Assembly: GCF_000181795.1 (NCBI RefSeq)
Contig: NW_003526943.1
Span: forward strand, 4,305,228-4,369,227
Length of the DNA: 64,000 nucleotides
Direction of reading: 5' to 3'
From: Trichinella spiralis
Taxonomy: Eukaryota
Notes under the pieces: generated by a model
Told to the model about the DNA's origin: nothing
Seen by the model: only the letters and a program-made list of their open reading frames with translations
Databases searched by the model: none
In this document: positions 12,192 to 26,360 of the stretch, piece after piece
Layout of the letters: each line of letters opens with the position of its first letter
How positions within the stretch are numbered: the first letter of the stretch is position 1
Made by a program: the position numbers and the translations under genes

Positions 12192-15100
12192 ATGACAAGT
12201 GAAATTCATTTAGACAATCCTTCACAAATGGGTGATGATGCAACAGTTTGCACTGTCATATGGGATGAACAAGCACCAACGCACAAAGTGACAGTTGTGT
12301 GTATACTGCCAAACCGTCGCCATGTGATTTCATGCGGAGCAAATGGTCAAACTTGTGTTTGGCAACTTGACAGTAACTATACGGTAATTTACTTGGATAA
12401 TCAAGTACAACAATATTTGAAAAAAAGGAAAATAATTTATTCAATTGCAAATGCTGAATTTTATTTTTTAAATGACATTTAAATTTTTAAATTTTACTCA
12501 TTTTTCGAACTTTGATTCATGTGTATAGTTTATTGCAGCTGCATCCTCGGTACATGCTACTCGGTCATAGCAGTCGGATAGTTTGCGCAGCCCCTGCTTC
12601 GGAAAAGAATGATTGTACGCACTGTGTGATAAGTGATATAAGTGGGTAAGTAGTTGTGCATGTTTTCTTTTGTCATGATAAAGCTAATTGAAAAGCATGA
12701 ACAAAATGTTTGGCTAACAACTCTTCTTTCAAAAGGAACGAGAGAATCATGATTTTTCAAAAAATAATTTTTTCATCATATTCTCTTTTTTAGAAGGTTA
12801 TCCCTCTGGGACTGTGAAAATGGCCGGTGTTTATGCGTCAAGCGGAATGATTATTGCACTTTGCAAATAATTCCTCAGGTTAATTTTGCATTGATTATTA
12901 CTATTTAATTTCAGTTGTTGTTGTTTTGTCATTTTAGAGTATAAGCTGGGGTGGTAAGACGCAAGATTTCTTGTTTTGTTCCGGCTATTACGCTGAAATA
13001 TGTGCTTTGAATCCGTTGACACTGGAAACGGTATTTTGTCTCTGTTCTCGAGTCGAACCGGACTGGATAGCAGCGTTTTGCTTTTTCAGATTTCAAAATA
13101 AACCCGGTATACTGGTTTAAAATTTTAAAATCAATTAATTCCCTATTTAATTATCGTCTTTCAGATGTTATCGTAGGTATCACCAATTCAGGTTTTGTTA
13201 AAATATGGTCACTGACAAATTCGAATCGTAAGTTATTTTTTTCTTTTGTATTAAAAAAATATTATTTTTTTTCATTAAAACACGAGATGTGGCAATTTAG
13301 CATTTTTTCAGCTACGAATACGACAATTTTTGAAGACGAATCAAAGCAGTTGCAATGTTACCGAGCGAGAAAATTGATCATATCACCGTACAATCCTCGT
13401 TCATTGTTGATCGTCAATTCCACCAGTTGGGCAGTAAGTAGTGTTTAATTGGGAAAATAAAATTTAAAATCATATTTTTTTTTAAAAAAATGCTTATCCC
13501 AAAATTTTGAAGCTCTACGATGCGTCGAATTTCATTCTGCTCTGTTCTTGTCCATCTTTGGAAAATCAACAATGGATTGGTGCCACTTTTGTTCAAGTTG
13601 ACAAACTTCTCGCTTGGTCTTCCAACGGCATTGCGTATCTCTACCATTTGCCGAGAAGGTTTTTGTGAAAAGAAAAAGAATTATTTTTTTTTGTTATTTT
13701 ACGTTTTTTCATAAATTATATTGCTTTTCAATTTTAGCCGACTCAAAGGAAAAGCTGTCAAGTGAGTTGATCTTCTGTTTCAATATTTGTGCATCTCTAT
13801 GCATACGATTGGAATTTGCTGGTATTTTCAAGTTTATGCTAATTTGCTTTCAGTGCTGTTATACAAGATCAACCAGAGTCGAAATATCTTGATGATTTAT
13901 TTTGTTGTTGCAGTTTTGCATTCAATGATGACAATCAACCGAAAGTATTACAAGCAGTTTTGTTAATTGGTAAAGTATTGAATTGCATTTGTTGTTGTTG
14001 TTTTTTTTCTAGCATAGCTTGAACATGGATCCTGCGTTTTGCATGGTTCTGAAATCTTCTGCTGATGATGAACAATTTTTGATTCGTGGAGATTGTTTTG
14101 GTTGTCTGTGCATTTGGCTTATACCTTCCATACCGGACGAGGCTGTAATAACGATGCGTGAAAAATCTCTTCCAGCGTTGGGTAGTTGTTTTTTTTTTAT
14201 TTGGTTGCACAATTCACTCAGTCATATGCAATTCAAATCAAACTTTCAGCGCTCAATCCTACTACCGTTTCTAGTCTTGACAAATATTGGAAAAGCCTAC
14301 CGCATAAACCTTGCGGTATGTTTCCACACGAGGTGATTCATTTGATAATGCTAGTGAAAATTTATGGAAAAATAATTTCATTTTTCTGTTTTATAGACAT
14401 CATCTTCGAATGAAGATCGAATTCGACAAACTTGTACATTGTACATAGGAAATTTGATGAAATTAGTATTTGGTCAAAGTGATGGCAGTTTAGTAATCGC
14501 TTCTGCCCCTCTTCTGTTGAAAAAGCACATTTTCACTTCATCTATGCAAGGTATTGTTGAATGTTGAAGTCGCTTTGCAAATTGGAATATATGCAATTTC
14601 AGGAGGACCGTCGGCATACCGTGTTCTGACTGGTCACGACGGTTCTGTGACTTGTCTATTATATCCGTATCAAGAGAATTCTCGTTACGATCCGACGCAT
14701 TTCGTTTCCGGCGGCGAAGATTTCACCGTCATACTTTGGGATTTGAAAGCACTGTGTATTTTGCATAAATTTTGCGTTCAAGCTGGTCCAATACAAAAAT
14801 TGTTGGTTCCACCGGAAAATTGCAGCGTAATTCATTTGACGCACGTTTTCATAAGTTATTTTTATTTGATTTAATTGTCCAACGTAGTAGTAGTTCATTT
14901 GATTGTTGTTGTCTTGCTGTATTTTGATATTATTGTTCAATTTTGCCGGTGCTTTGTATAATTTTGAATAGTGATTTTCAGAACAAAGTGTTGCAGTCGG
15001 TTTGCAGCGTCGCTGGTGATCATTCGATGGCGCTGTTGAATTTGAAAGATGTTCGATGTATTTTGTTGGCCAGCAAACATCTATATCCGGTGAAATCGAT

Positions 15101-18100
15101 CCACTGGAGACCGATTGATGATTTCATTATGGTACACTGCGAGTTCGGTTCCGTTTACGTGTGGCAGATGGAAACTGGTCAGAGAAGAAGACATTTTTTG
15201 CATTTAAATTTAAATTAACTGACGATATTCATTTCCAGGACATTTGGACCGTGTTTTGACAGGGGCGTTGGCCGAAGAGATGCTTGTTTTGAATGCAGAT
15301 CAAGATTGCATTTCTGAAATAGGAGACGAATCATTTCCAAGCACGTCGGTTCAGTTGTTTAGAGCTTTCAAGCAGCGCAATTTGAATACTGTATTTATTT
15401 ATTTATTGGATTTGAAGTGAAGCTGCTACTTTTTTTCTGTAATGCTTTCATTTTTTTCAGATAAAAGAAATTATGGAACAATATCAACAAAGCAACGCTG
15501 GTCAGACGACCCAAACCCCGACGAAAGTGACATTCGCACCACCGCTAAGTATTACCGCTGTTATTGGTGACGAGGGTAACGTCAGTATGCACATTGCTTT
15601 TTTCAACGTTGAATCTTTGTGCAGTAGGTTGATATTTGTTGTTTTCTTGTTGTTGTTTTTCTTGGATTATTTTCCATAATTTCCATATTTGTAGTCTCGT
15701 TGCTGGTTGTTGAGCATGGAATTTTGCACCGTGAAGATTCCACAAGTACTGAAGTGGACGGTTTGGCCAATGTTCCGAGGGCATTTTTTGTCGAAAGTGC
15801 CGCCAATTCGAAACCAAACCACCACCACCAAAATGGGTCCAAAATTTCCAACGCCAGCGAGCAGGGCAATTTTTGCGTAGAAATAGCCCAACTGTTGTTG
15901 TCGATGATTTACAGCTGGAACGAAGACCCCGAAATGGACCAGTTGAGCAAATCGAAGCTCGGCTTGTTGCAGCCCAGTCGATCTGTCACGTTTGCGTTCT
16001 TGTCCGCCGATGGTTCCATGGCGTTGTTGTTCCCTCCACCGGATGACAACATTTCACCAATTGCTGCAGATTCTTTGTCGTCGTTGTTGAACACGCATCA
16101 GCTGATGGCGATCACATCCATCACTCAGACGTTGTTGTCCATGACGTACATGTCGTTCATACCAGAACAAATTAATCGTCGTAAATTATTAAAGTGAAAA
16201 AAAATCATAATAACCGTGCGCTAGTGGTTATGCCAGTTGGTTGTGAAAAGTTCAATTTTCAGATCAAATTTGGATGTGGAAGAACTGAATGCAGCAATGC
16301 AAGATTTGAACACCAGTTGGCCGTGTGAGGAAAGCAACGGAGCCGTGCCCACGTTGATTCAGCAATTGCTCGTCGAACAAGCGGCTATAAAGCAACTGTG
16401 GAACAGGGTCCGGGCGTTTCATTCGCAAGTTCTACCCGGCAAATCGGCTCGCACAAATCTGGACGTCGAGATACTTTGCCTACGGTGGCAGGATCGCTGC
16501 CAGCAGTTGCGCCAGGCGGCCCAGACTTTGCTGCTGGCGGAATTGGACCGCATCGGTGCCGAAGGCAGGGCTCGGCTGGTCGAACGTTGGCAAGTTTATC
16601 TGCCTATTGTAGTCGATCCGTCGATCAGCTTATTCGGCACCACGCTTTACAGCAATCAGCCTGGTACGGCAGCTTCTTCCATTGGTCAAAGTGACGACAG
16701 ATTTTATAACAAGAACTCTGCTCATAATGTCGATTCGATTCAATCTACTGCAGCAGGTAAATTTGAAAATTTTAAAATTATTTCTGTAAATAAATAAATA
16801 TGTATGTAGAAAAACTGCCATATTGTTCATCGTCATCAACAATAAACAATGATCACATGAAACACAGGCAAGAAGTTGCAACCATTTTGCTGGGTGTCAT
16901 TGGTGCGGCATTCAGTCATGAACTGCTGAATTGTTCCACTGATCAAATAGTGTTGCTTGAATCCAATAAACGACAAATTTCTGTTCCACTAGTTACATGT
17001 AATTAATTTTTGTTCCATAAATTATATGAATTAATCAATTAATTTATTTATTATTCTTCTCGTAGGCCAGTCGTTGTTCGAATGTATTGTGCAACCAGAT
17101 TCACCGTCGTTGCCGTTGAATTGCACTCTTCGGCGGTCTTGCATAGATTTGCTTGGTCGTGGATTTGCGGTATGGCAGCCGTATTTGGATATTAGCAAGC
17201 TTTTGCTTACGTTGCTTGCTTTGTGCGCGAAAAGTGATCGCGTGCTACCTGCTGGACCGATTTATTTTCCACTGAGTCCGGCGGCTGAGATGTGTCGTAC
17301 TGCTCAACGTGCGTTGGCTTCAATAGCCAGTTGCAGACCTGCTGCTTTTGTTACAGCACTGAGTAAAGAGGTTGGTTGAAAATGAACCTCTACCTCTACT
17401 TATTTATTCCATTATTCTAATTATTAATTTAATATTTTTGCTATCAAGGTGACCAGGTATACTTCCATGTCACAACATCAGACTGTTCACTTGAGCTCAC
17501 CGTTGATTCGTGCTCAGTCAGAAATAATGACCATCATGGAATCGTTGACGATGAATCATTACAACGAGCTGTTGGATGTCATGGGCGCGGTAGAAGTGTT
17601 TCATTTATTTTGCTTTGCTTTTTGGAATTTTTGAAATTTCAATTTCAGGTGGCTGATATTTTGGTGCACTGTTTGTCTATACAATTGCTCAAGTTTAAAA
17701 ATTTTTCCGAATTTTGTCCATTTCTTGCCAAGTTGATACTTGATATTGATAGCAGAAAGAAAGAAATATTTATTGATTAATTTTTATTTGCAGATTTTCG
17801 GTGATTTCATTTTCGTCCAATACACGCAGAATTGCATTCGGACTGAAAAGTGGCTCAATTATTGTACACGAATTGAGAGCCGGCAAAGCTCAAGTATTTA
17901 TTTAATATGAAAAATTTGATTTGATATTTTGTGGTGTGAATTATGTTTTATTTTGATCAATATAATTTCAGACAATGCAAGTTCACAGTCGAGCAGTGTC
18001 CGCTTGTAACTTCTCTGACGACGGAAAACATTTGGCCAGCTATTCTGTTGAAGAAGGCAAGCTCAACGTCTGGCTGGTAAGCAATGGAATGCAGTGCTAG

Positions 18101-18559
18101 TTGTTGTTTTTCTTTTTCCACGTTTGTCATGCTCGAGTTATTCAATACAAAATAGACTGATTTGCATGCTAATCGAGCGGGAAAAGTTGAATCACAATCA
18201 GAATTACTGTTGTCTGTAGATGACTCATTTTAGCTTTAACCTTTCAACCTACTGACGCCTTGTGTCCCCTTGATATGTACACACAGGATGATAGATTTAG
18301 TGTATTAATTGAAATTGTTCCAGAGTATTATTTATTGTTTTGCGATTATTATTTGTTATGTCGATAATTCGACTTTCAGATGGCTCAATCATTTCTTGGT
18401 ATGGGACAGAGTCAGGCAAAATGCATCAAACAGTTTGCGGCGCCGGTGAACGAAATCAGCGCAAATGGGCTCGACGAGCGTTTTCGAATTGTGTGGATTT
18501 CACCGAAAATCATATCCTTGATGCTGTCCAGTGGCAATGAGCATCGATTTAATCTCTGA
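12192..18559 (+). CDS. WDR7: WD40-repeat protein WDR7 / rabconnectin-3 beta (V-ATPase assembly regulator); many exons
   Basis: N-terminal IWDEQAPTHKVT...SCGANGQTCVW; LTGHDGSVTCLLYP...THFVSGGEDFTVILWD; SVCSVAGDHSMALL; WRPIDDFIMVHC...VYVWQMETG; RWQDRCQQLRQAAQTLLLAELDRIG; RRSCIDLLGRGFAVWQPYLD; C-terminal ...SGNEHRFNL*. These match the WDR7/WDR72 family. Confidence 0.9.
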
Positions 18560-18710
18560 TCGATCTCGTCCTTAGTTTTCACTATTTATTCAATTGCAAT
18601 TCATCATTTTTGTCGTTTGTGTGTTTACTTGAATTCTATTTTTTTTTCTCTTTTTTCTGCTTAGTCACGTGAAAAATCTCTCTGCAACAGCAGCATTTGC
18701 AAATGTATTC

Positions 18711-18762
18711 TGCTGCTGCTGCTGCTGCTGCTGTTGTTCTTGTTCTTGTTGTTCTTGTTGTT
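18711..18762. repeat. (TGC)7 microsatellite followed by TGT/TCT low-complexity sequence in the WDR7 3' flank
   Basis: tgctgctgctgctgctgctgc then tgttgttcttgttcttgttg, read directly. Confidence 0.85.
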
Positions 18763-20274
18763 GGTATTTTTTGTCTTTTGGTAATTTCAGATTCTCAGAA
18801 AAAAATGCTGATAAATTAAGTTTATTTCAATTTTTTTTCAAATTATTGTTTTCGGTGATTATTGGCAATAATTTCCATTTATTTCTGAACTTCAATCATT
18901 ATTAATATTTCATTTCACAAAATTGTAGAATTAACTATTTTAATTAAATTTTTCATCTATTTTCTTTGGTTTGATTTTTTTTTCAAGAAAAAGTTGCCTG
19001 TTATAAAATGACATCTATAAAATAGCTAGCATTTGTGGTTCATTTGATTTTTACAATTATACTTTGGTTTTCGTGGCTGAAATTTTAGCAGTATGCTTTT
19101 TCTTTTTTTATGAAATTAATGCATGTCACCAAAAAAACATGTTGAAAAAAAATATTTATAAACACAGTGTTGAAAGATGTTATTTTTTCATTGAATATAT
19201 TTTGAAACAATTTTTTCTTTGCGTGAAACTGAGAATATGGTGAAATTTGTCACCACAACAGCAATGAACAATTTTTGTATAATTATAAATTTCAAATGAA
19301 CATTAATTAATTAATTTTGATTAATTTTCTTATGCAATGCAACTGCAAATGCACCTAGTGAAAAATAGTGTACTCTACAATAATGCAATTCTACCTTATT
19401 ACAACCTTACTGTAGATATTTTTTTGAACAATCAGTAGAATTTGCAAAAGGGCACAAAGATTGTTTTGCTTTGAAGCACAGGATCGGATTGTTTTTAAAA
19501 AGTACGTTTTTGTACCTTTTGTTCAATTGAAATTTGATGAAAATTTCACTTAGCGTCAGCCGCCGTCAGCTTGCATTTGTTTATTTTTGTTTTTTTTGAG
19601 AAAATGATTTTTTTAATTCAATTTTTTAACGTCGATTTTTTTTGAATTTGTTTCGTTGTCGGTGTGTTGCATTTTAGCCCCTAAGATTTCATCGCTATTT
19701 AAAAAAACAATATTCTATATTCTTCATTTTTAAACTTGAAGCATGAGCTGAAGTTAAACTTTGATAAACACAAGAAGCTGCAATTTTTCAAAATTCTACG
19801 AACGTTGAAGGAAGGATTCGTCACCGATGCATGAAATCACAATTCAGTTGTTCCTTCAAAAGTGTTTCGTGTTTTTTTGTTTGCTTAATTTTTTAAACTT
19901 TAAACCGCACGTACTTTGACATGTTATATATATATGTATATTGTGCGTGTGAGATATTTTCATTTGATGATGTATGTTCGCTTGATTAGATGTTGCATGT
20001 TTAAAATTGATTTCCTTCATTTGCAGTAAAACAGTGAAAAATACACTTGTCAATTGCAAAGATGATTCATTGTGATAATATTTGTTTTGTTGTTTTTTTT
20101 ATCTACTAATGCACTGGGTTGCTATTGACGTGATTGTATGATGCTTTTATTCACTGGTTCATCGTTGACAATCGACGTTTGTGCGCATCAGTAGCATTTG
20201 TTTCAGTTGCAGTTGGTCGAATATCCAGGTTGTTTTCTCTTTTTTTTTAGCTTGTGACAAAATCCACTGCACCA

Positions 20275-22780
20275 ATGGAACAATGGATAGCGCAGACGTT
20301 GTTGATGATCGTTGTGTTGATGGCACCGGCGGGGGCTCTTCTCCTGGGCTGTTCTCGTTCGCGTTGGATGTGCTTCATCCTGTTGGGCGTTGTCTCGACT
20401 GTGTGCTTTTTGTGCATCTGCGTGTGGATAAGCTTGTTCTGCGATCAACAGCATCCTGGCGATCAGCCGAACCTCAGACAATTTTTGCGCAACTTCACAT
20501 TCGGTGCCCATCGCGGCCTTGCCGATGAAGCCCCTGAAAACACGCTGGCCGCTTTCGAATACAGCGCCAAGCTCGGGTCAACTTTTGTGGAATTCGACCT
20601 GGAGATGACCGCCGACAACACGCCTGTAATAATGCACGACGACACGGTCGACCGGACCACAAACGGCACCGGCTTCATTGGTCAACTGGACGATGATTAT
20701 GTATTTTCTCTGAATGCGGCTGCGAAATTTAAAAATGGGTATGCAATGAAAAGTCACTCATTATTATTATTATTATTATTATTTATTCATTTATAATTTT
20801 TTTTCATAGAAATTTTTCCGTGCAAAAAGTGCCAACATTGGAAGAGGCGGTTTTGTTGATTAAAAAGTTGAATATGAAAATGATCATCGATGTAAAAAGA
20901 TCTGATTCTAAAGTGAGTATATTATATGTGTTATAATTGCTTAAATATTCGATAAAATTCATTCATTATCATTGATTAATTGCCTATAGAATAATTATTA
21001 TAATGAATAGTGAGATTATTTTTTCAAATATTATTCCCACTCGTAGGGATTTTCATATTTGAAATTCAATTCACGTTTCATTTCTTGAAATTTGTCCAAA
21101 ATGAATTCATAATCGATCACATCTCCATAAGAGAGAGATTTGAATTTGTTGAATAATAAGCCAAACTGATCCGGCATGTCGGAAAATAATTCTTCCACGG
21201 TGACGTTGCGTTTCACCTTCCACAGCGTGTCGATGGGATCGAAAATTTTCCACGGCAACCTGCCTTGGTACATTTCGGCCAGCGTGTAGAACAAACTGAC
21301 CAAATCGTCACCGGGGCCCATCTCCTTGTTGCGCAGCGCGTTGACGGATGCGTAGTAGGGCGTGCTGCAGAACTGCGGCTTGTTTCTGGGCGGTCTCAGC
21401 TGGCCGTTGACCACATACTGACGGGCGCAGCTGAAGTCGAGCAGGTAGATACGACCGCGGTCTTCCTGGTTCTTCGATATGGCTATATTGCTCGGCTTGA
21501 TGTCCCTGTGGACGAAGCCTTGTCGGTGCAGATCGCGAAGTGCTTTGACGCACTCCTCGCCCACACGCACCACGGTACAAGTCGACAGATTGCCGTATCG
21601 TCTGCGCAGTTGATGCAAATTGTCGCCGGCCAGTGTCATCACCAGATATCGAATCGAATCGGTCGATCCTTCGTTGATGAAACGGCAAAAGTTCACACTG
21701 CATGATTCCATCAGTTTCATGATGTGTTTGTCTTGATGAATCGACATCGGGCTTTCGAGCCATTCAGCCTATTTGTTAGTTTTATGTAAATTTTACAGAC
21801 GAAAAGAAACAATTTCCCTTTATTCATTACCTTCAAAGCGTAGTGTTTCTGGTCGGTTTTGTCTTTGACATGGAACACTGCACCAATACCTCCGATTCCT
21901 AACAATTTCACCACTTCGTATCGATCATTTATTACATCCTTTGGCCCGTAGAACGTAGACAACGCTTCGGAAGTTTTCATTTTATCTGTAGCCATTTTTG
22001 CTCGCTCGCTACACACAACAATAATGCCAAATACTGGCATACTGCTTGCTGTTCGGTTTAGTTTAAAGTGCATTTTAAAGTGCTACATTGTTTAAATCCA
22101 CTTCAATCGGGAACTTTAAACAATAATATTCTTTTATCGTTAGTTTAAATTTCATAATTTCCCATTTCAGGTTATTGATGCGATCACTTCCCTGTTTGAA
22201 AAATATCCAGATTTGTATGATACGGTAGCTGTTTCTTCGTTTCATCCTCAAGTCGCTTTCAAAGTAAGTTTGTTGCTTTCTTTTTAAAAATGCACAAAAC
22301 ATCCAACTTTTGTTTGTCATATTGCACCACTGGTAGATTGTCAAGGCAGATCCGAAAATCATCACCGGGCACACGTGGTGTAAGGGCTATTTATACCAAC
22401 AGGATTGTGGTGATCCAACACCTCGTTACAACTTTGCACTGTTCCACTATGGTGCGATCATTGTTGAGAATATTTACCACTGGCTGTTGCATGACGTTAT
22501 GATCAATTTCACTGGCGCTCGTCTGATTTTGACAGAACGTCGTCAAGTATCACAGTAAGCGATTTTATCAATTCTAATTTTCAAATAATAATAATAATTA
22601 TTATTAATTATTATTACTTTTCCATTTTTAAGAGATTACATTGATTACGCAAAGAAGAGGGGATTGCATGTTGTCGTTTGGACCGTGAACAAGTTGTCCG
22701 AGCAAGAATATTTTTACAAAGTTTTACGTTGCGCTTTCATGTCTGATCATTTGACTGATTTTGTCAATAATAATATTTAA
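20275..22780 (+). CDS. GDE1: Glycerophosphodiester phosphodiesterase (GDE1-like) with two N-terminal TM segments; 5 exons
   Basis: Exons 20275-20738, 20810-20912, 22171-22263, 22337-22554 and 22633-22780 join in phase. Motifs GAHRG...APENTLAAF, VEFDLEMTAD...IMHDDTVDRTTNGTG, KVPTLEE, VSSFHP, GLHVVVWTVN and FMSD; stop TAA at 22780. Confidence 0.88.
21031..21995 (-). CDS. Casein kinase 1 / tau-tubulin kinase-like Ser/Thr kinase nested in GDE1 intron 2; 2 exons
   Basis: Exons 21995-21831 and 21768-21031 with a 62-nt GT-AG intron. Motifs LGIGGIGAVF, YALK|AE, FVHRDIKPSN, IYLLDFS, YYASVNAL, DDLVSLFY, GRLPW and C-terminal PYEWE, all typical of the CK1/TTBK group. Confidence 0.9.
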
Positions 22781-23645
22781 TTGGAAGACGAAGAAAAAAA
22801 ATATTTATTTCATATTTCTCCTTATTTTTCTTCAAAAAATGTTTTCCATACCAATATGAGCATAAAAACCTTGTATTCAATCTTATGAACCATTATTATG
22901 AGATCGATTGGAGAAGAATGAAGAATCTCAGTTGTTTTAAATTCCTGAACCTGAAAAGACAATTAACTGTTCATTGGAATTTTCGTTTGTTTTCATTTAT
23001 TGCAGATCGTTATTTCATTTTATTAAAAAACTATTATACTGTTCAAAAACTTTTTCCACTGTAATAATGAATTCCAGAAATAACTAAAAAAACATTCGAC
23101 ACTGTGGACAGTTGCACTTAATAACTGGCAATCAATATTTTATTTTATTTTATTTACTGTAACTGTAATGATATGCAGGCAAGATGTAAGATAGATGAAG
23201 TTTTCATAACAATTACTCACATAAACACAATTTTCAATATATTCCAAGATGGAAATTACATTAATTTAAAAATTACAGTATACTGTGTAATTTATTGTAC
23301 AAAGACAGCAATTAAATATTAAAAACAATTTAAAATAATTCAAAATGTAAAAAAATGCTTTTAAATGAATTTTCTTTCTGTTATTGCACTAAATGATTAC
23401 ATCTCATTTCGCATTAAGTTAAACTAAAGTGTCAAATAAAAAAAGCTGAACATAAAACAAAACTCTCATTTAAAATTTATTGCAAATAGGCATATATGAA
23501 AAAATAAACAAATAAATATGCATATATATATGGTAACATTAAAACAAGCTTATTACCAAAACCGGCTTGAAACAGCCAAAAGTGATACGCTGCTCATTGA
23601 CTTTTAAATCGAAAATCACAATACCGGGATAAAAGAATCCAGATG

Positions 23646-25692
23646 TCAAGTACTAGTAGATGTGACACGTTGATTTACTGCATCCGTTCGAGAGTTTTCA
23701 TTTTCTGCACCAGAATTACGTCGATTGGTAGAGCCCACACAAAACATAAGGAATATTATCGTGCACAAAATCAACGATATAATTGACGTTGTGTCAAAGT
23801 ATTGCGGATAATTGTAAAGTGCGTAACCAACCATGGCAAATTCAACCCCGAAAATGGGAAGTATCCAATTTCCAACGTCGAAACGATTTGCTTCTTCAAA
23901 CGGTTGTCCAGCAGCCGTGCCCGTCGAAGAACCTGAACCACTGGTGGTTGAATACGGAGCTTGACTTATGTGACAATGAACAACACAATTATCGGAAAGA
24001 CCGTAACTAGCCAACGATCGAGAATCATCGCGAAGCAACTGTCCCCGGTAAATTAATCGAATTATTTTACCCTCGTTTATGTCACTTTCAAAATTCTGCC
24101 TAAAATGAAATTTCAATTCATCACTATAAATTATTAATTCTGCTTAAAACATTATTCCAAATAATTTTCCAATTTCTACGATCAACTGCAGAATGCATGC
24201 ATAAATCATATCATTTGACAACAATGAAAAAGTATCTGCAAAGAAAAATAAATAAAATTCAACTTAACAAAAACATATAAAACAAATATCAAACAATTGA
24301 ATGCCCAATAAATTTACTTCAAAAACTAAAATAACAAAAAATGCAGAGTTCTTCAGAAAAGTAAAACAACCAAAAATTTTACCTTTTAAAATCACCCACA
24401 CTCTGCGACAGTAAAGTTACAACCAGTCGATGGGATTCGTCCAAAAATCTCAACTTCAACGTCGACTTTGCAGTGTCGGCATTTTCCGAAGCAGATTCGA
24501 CTGGTGGCTTTACATAAGCCAGGCAAGGTTTGTCACCAGCAGAACTGTTCAATGGTTTCGCATTGGCAGCATTTTCAGTCGAGGCAAGCGGTGGCTTTGG
24601 ACTCTCGTTGACCGGTTGCTCATTACCAGGTATAGGATCAGAAGTGGCGCCATCGTTGACTACAGGTTGCTGCTCCTCGTCAGATGAATTGCTCACCAAA
24701 GATGGCGGTTCCGCCAGTGTATGCTCATCGGATAATTCCACTATTCTCATCTCGTCCGGAACAACACTGCTGCTGCTTTGAAAATCATACACCTAATTCA
24801 ATTTACAACTCATTACATTCAACACTACTATTTCAAATGAGAAAATCAAGTAATTTCATTCACTTTTAAATGAATACTAGAAAAATTATTGAAAATAAGG
24901 TATTATTTTAAAATCAACTTTCTTACACACACTGACACTGTTCAGATATATTGCATCGTAATTAATATCAAATAGAGAAGACTAAATTTAAGGACACGAA
25001 TTTATAAACAACTTTCAAGTGTATGTTTTATAAAACTCAGACAATTACATTATACCCAGTTGCCTAGATTAAAACAGTAAACTGTATTAAACAGACGTAT
25101 AATAGGTATTAATTAACATCATAACTAAAATCTGTAACTTACGTTTTAACTATCATGCAAAATTTCAACGGAGCTGTATGTATTAAAAAGTTTTTCTATA
25201 ATGTAATATAAATTTATTTCTTCATTGCATTTACATGCTGATATATTAAGATTTAATTTATTTAAGACTTTATTTACAGAAAACCTATTTCGTAAAATCA
25301 ACAATGCTGCATAACAGAGAAAATCAACATCAACGGTAAAACAAAAGTTACAAGATTCATCATATGCGCCAGCATAAATAAACCTATAAAATTCAGACAT
25401 GTATCACAAAATTTGTAACATTTTGCGAAAATGTATAAGAACTTAAAAAATGAAACACGGTTAAGCAACTGATTGAACAATTAAGCTGTGCGCATCGACA
25501 AAATACGCGAAATACAAGTAATCTTACTTGTACAACAGCTGATGCGTCGTTATTCTCATACTGCACAACGACGTAGGTTCTCGTATCTTGCGGAACAGAT
25601 GTGGAAAGCCAAGCTAATATTATAAGCAGAACGAACAACCAAAAACCCAAAGCAATAACAACCTCATTTCCAAAACCTTCTATTAATGGCAT
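23646..25692 (-). CDS. TMUB: Transmembrane and ubiquitin-like domain protein (TMUB1/2-like); 3 exons
   Basis: Exons 25692-25528, 24792-24383 and 24099-23646. N-terminal MPLIEGFGNEV...LAWLST; UBL domain LKLRFLDE...VGDFKR...IRLIYRGQLLRDDSRSLASYGLSDNCVVHCHIS; two C-terminal TM segments with YPQYF. Confidence 0.9.
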
Positions 25693-26360
25693 TTTTATCA
25701 ATTAAACGATTACAATTAACAAACTAAATATTAAAAATAATTTTCCGTGGAGCAAAAACTTTCAGTATAATCACCTGCGTAACTACCGGAATGCTCTAAA
25801 CAAATTTGTTTACGACGTACGGTAAAATGTACTACTGTATTTAAAAAAATTCAAGTACATCAAATTGACTACCCTTCTAAATGCATTTCATGAGAATTTA
25901 AAAAAAAATTAAACACTAAATTTTAAAACAAAATAAGGATAAATTTTAAGTGATGCCATGAAATAAAGTTACAACTGAGCAATCGTTTTTATTATATACC
26001 ATATATTTTTTTAATTTATGAAATCGTTTTCTGATAATGGAGTGGTAATTCAGTTGAAAGGATAGCAATTGTCATCTTCAATGAAAACATGGAATTCTGA
26101 AGTAACTCAAAATCCGTTCATTATTCATCTGCTTTCTACGCTGACAAAAATATTTATAATAGAATTTTGTTTAAATTCGTCATCCAAATTGTCAATGGTG
26201 AAATGCTGGATTATTGAAATGAAATTTCAGATGCTTTATTTCGCCATTAACAAAAAATTCTGGGTTAGCATAATAAGATGATAAATCAAAAGTTAATTTT
26301 TCAAGTTTTCCAATACTGTCTACAAATAATGTCTGGCAGAGATGTATATATGTAGTTTCA

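Noticed and set aside
18669..18905. Poly-Cys ORF resembling a metallothionein
   Set aside because: It is the translation of a (TGC)n microsatellite in a 3' flank.
25693..26360. MLP-TMUB as a second operon
   Set aside because: The genes are co-oriented, but the spacer is about 670 nt and I could not find a clear coupled polyA and trans-splice arrangement.
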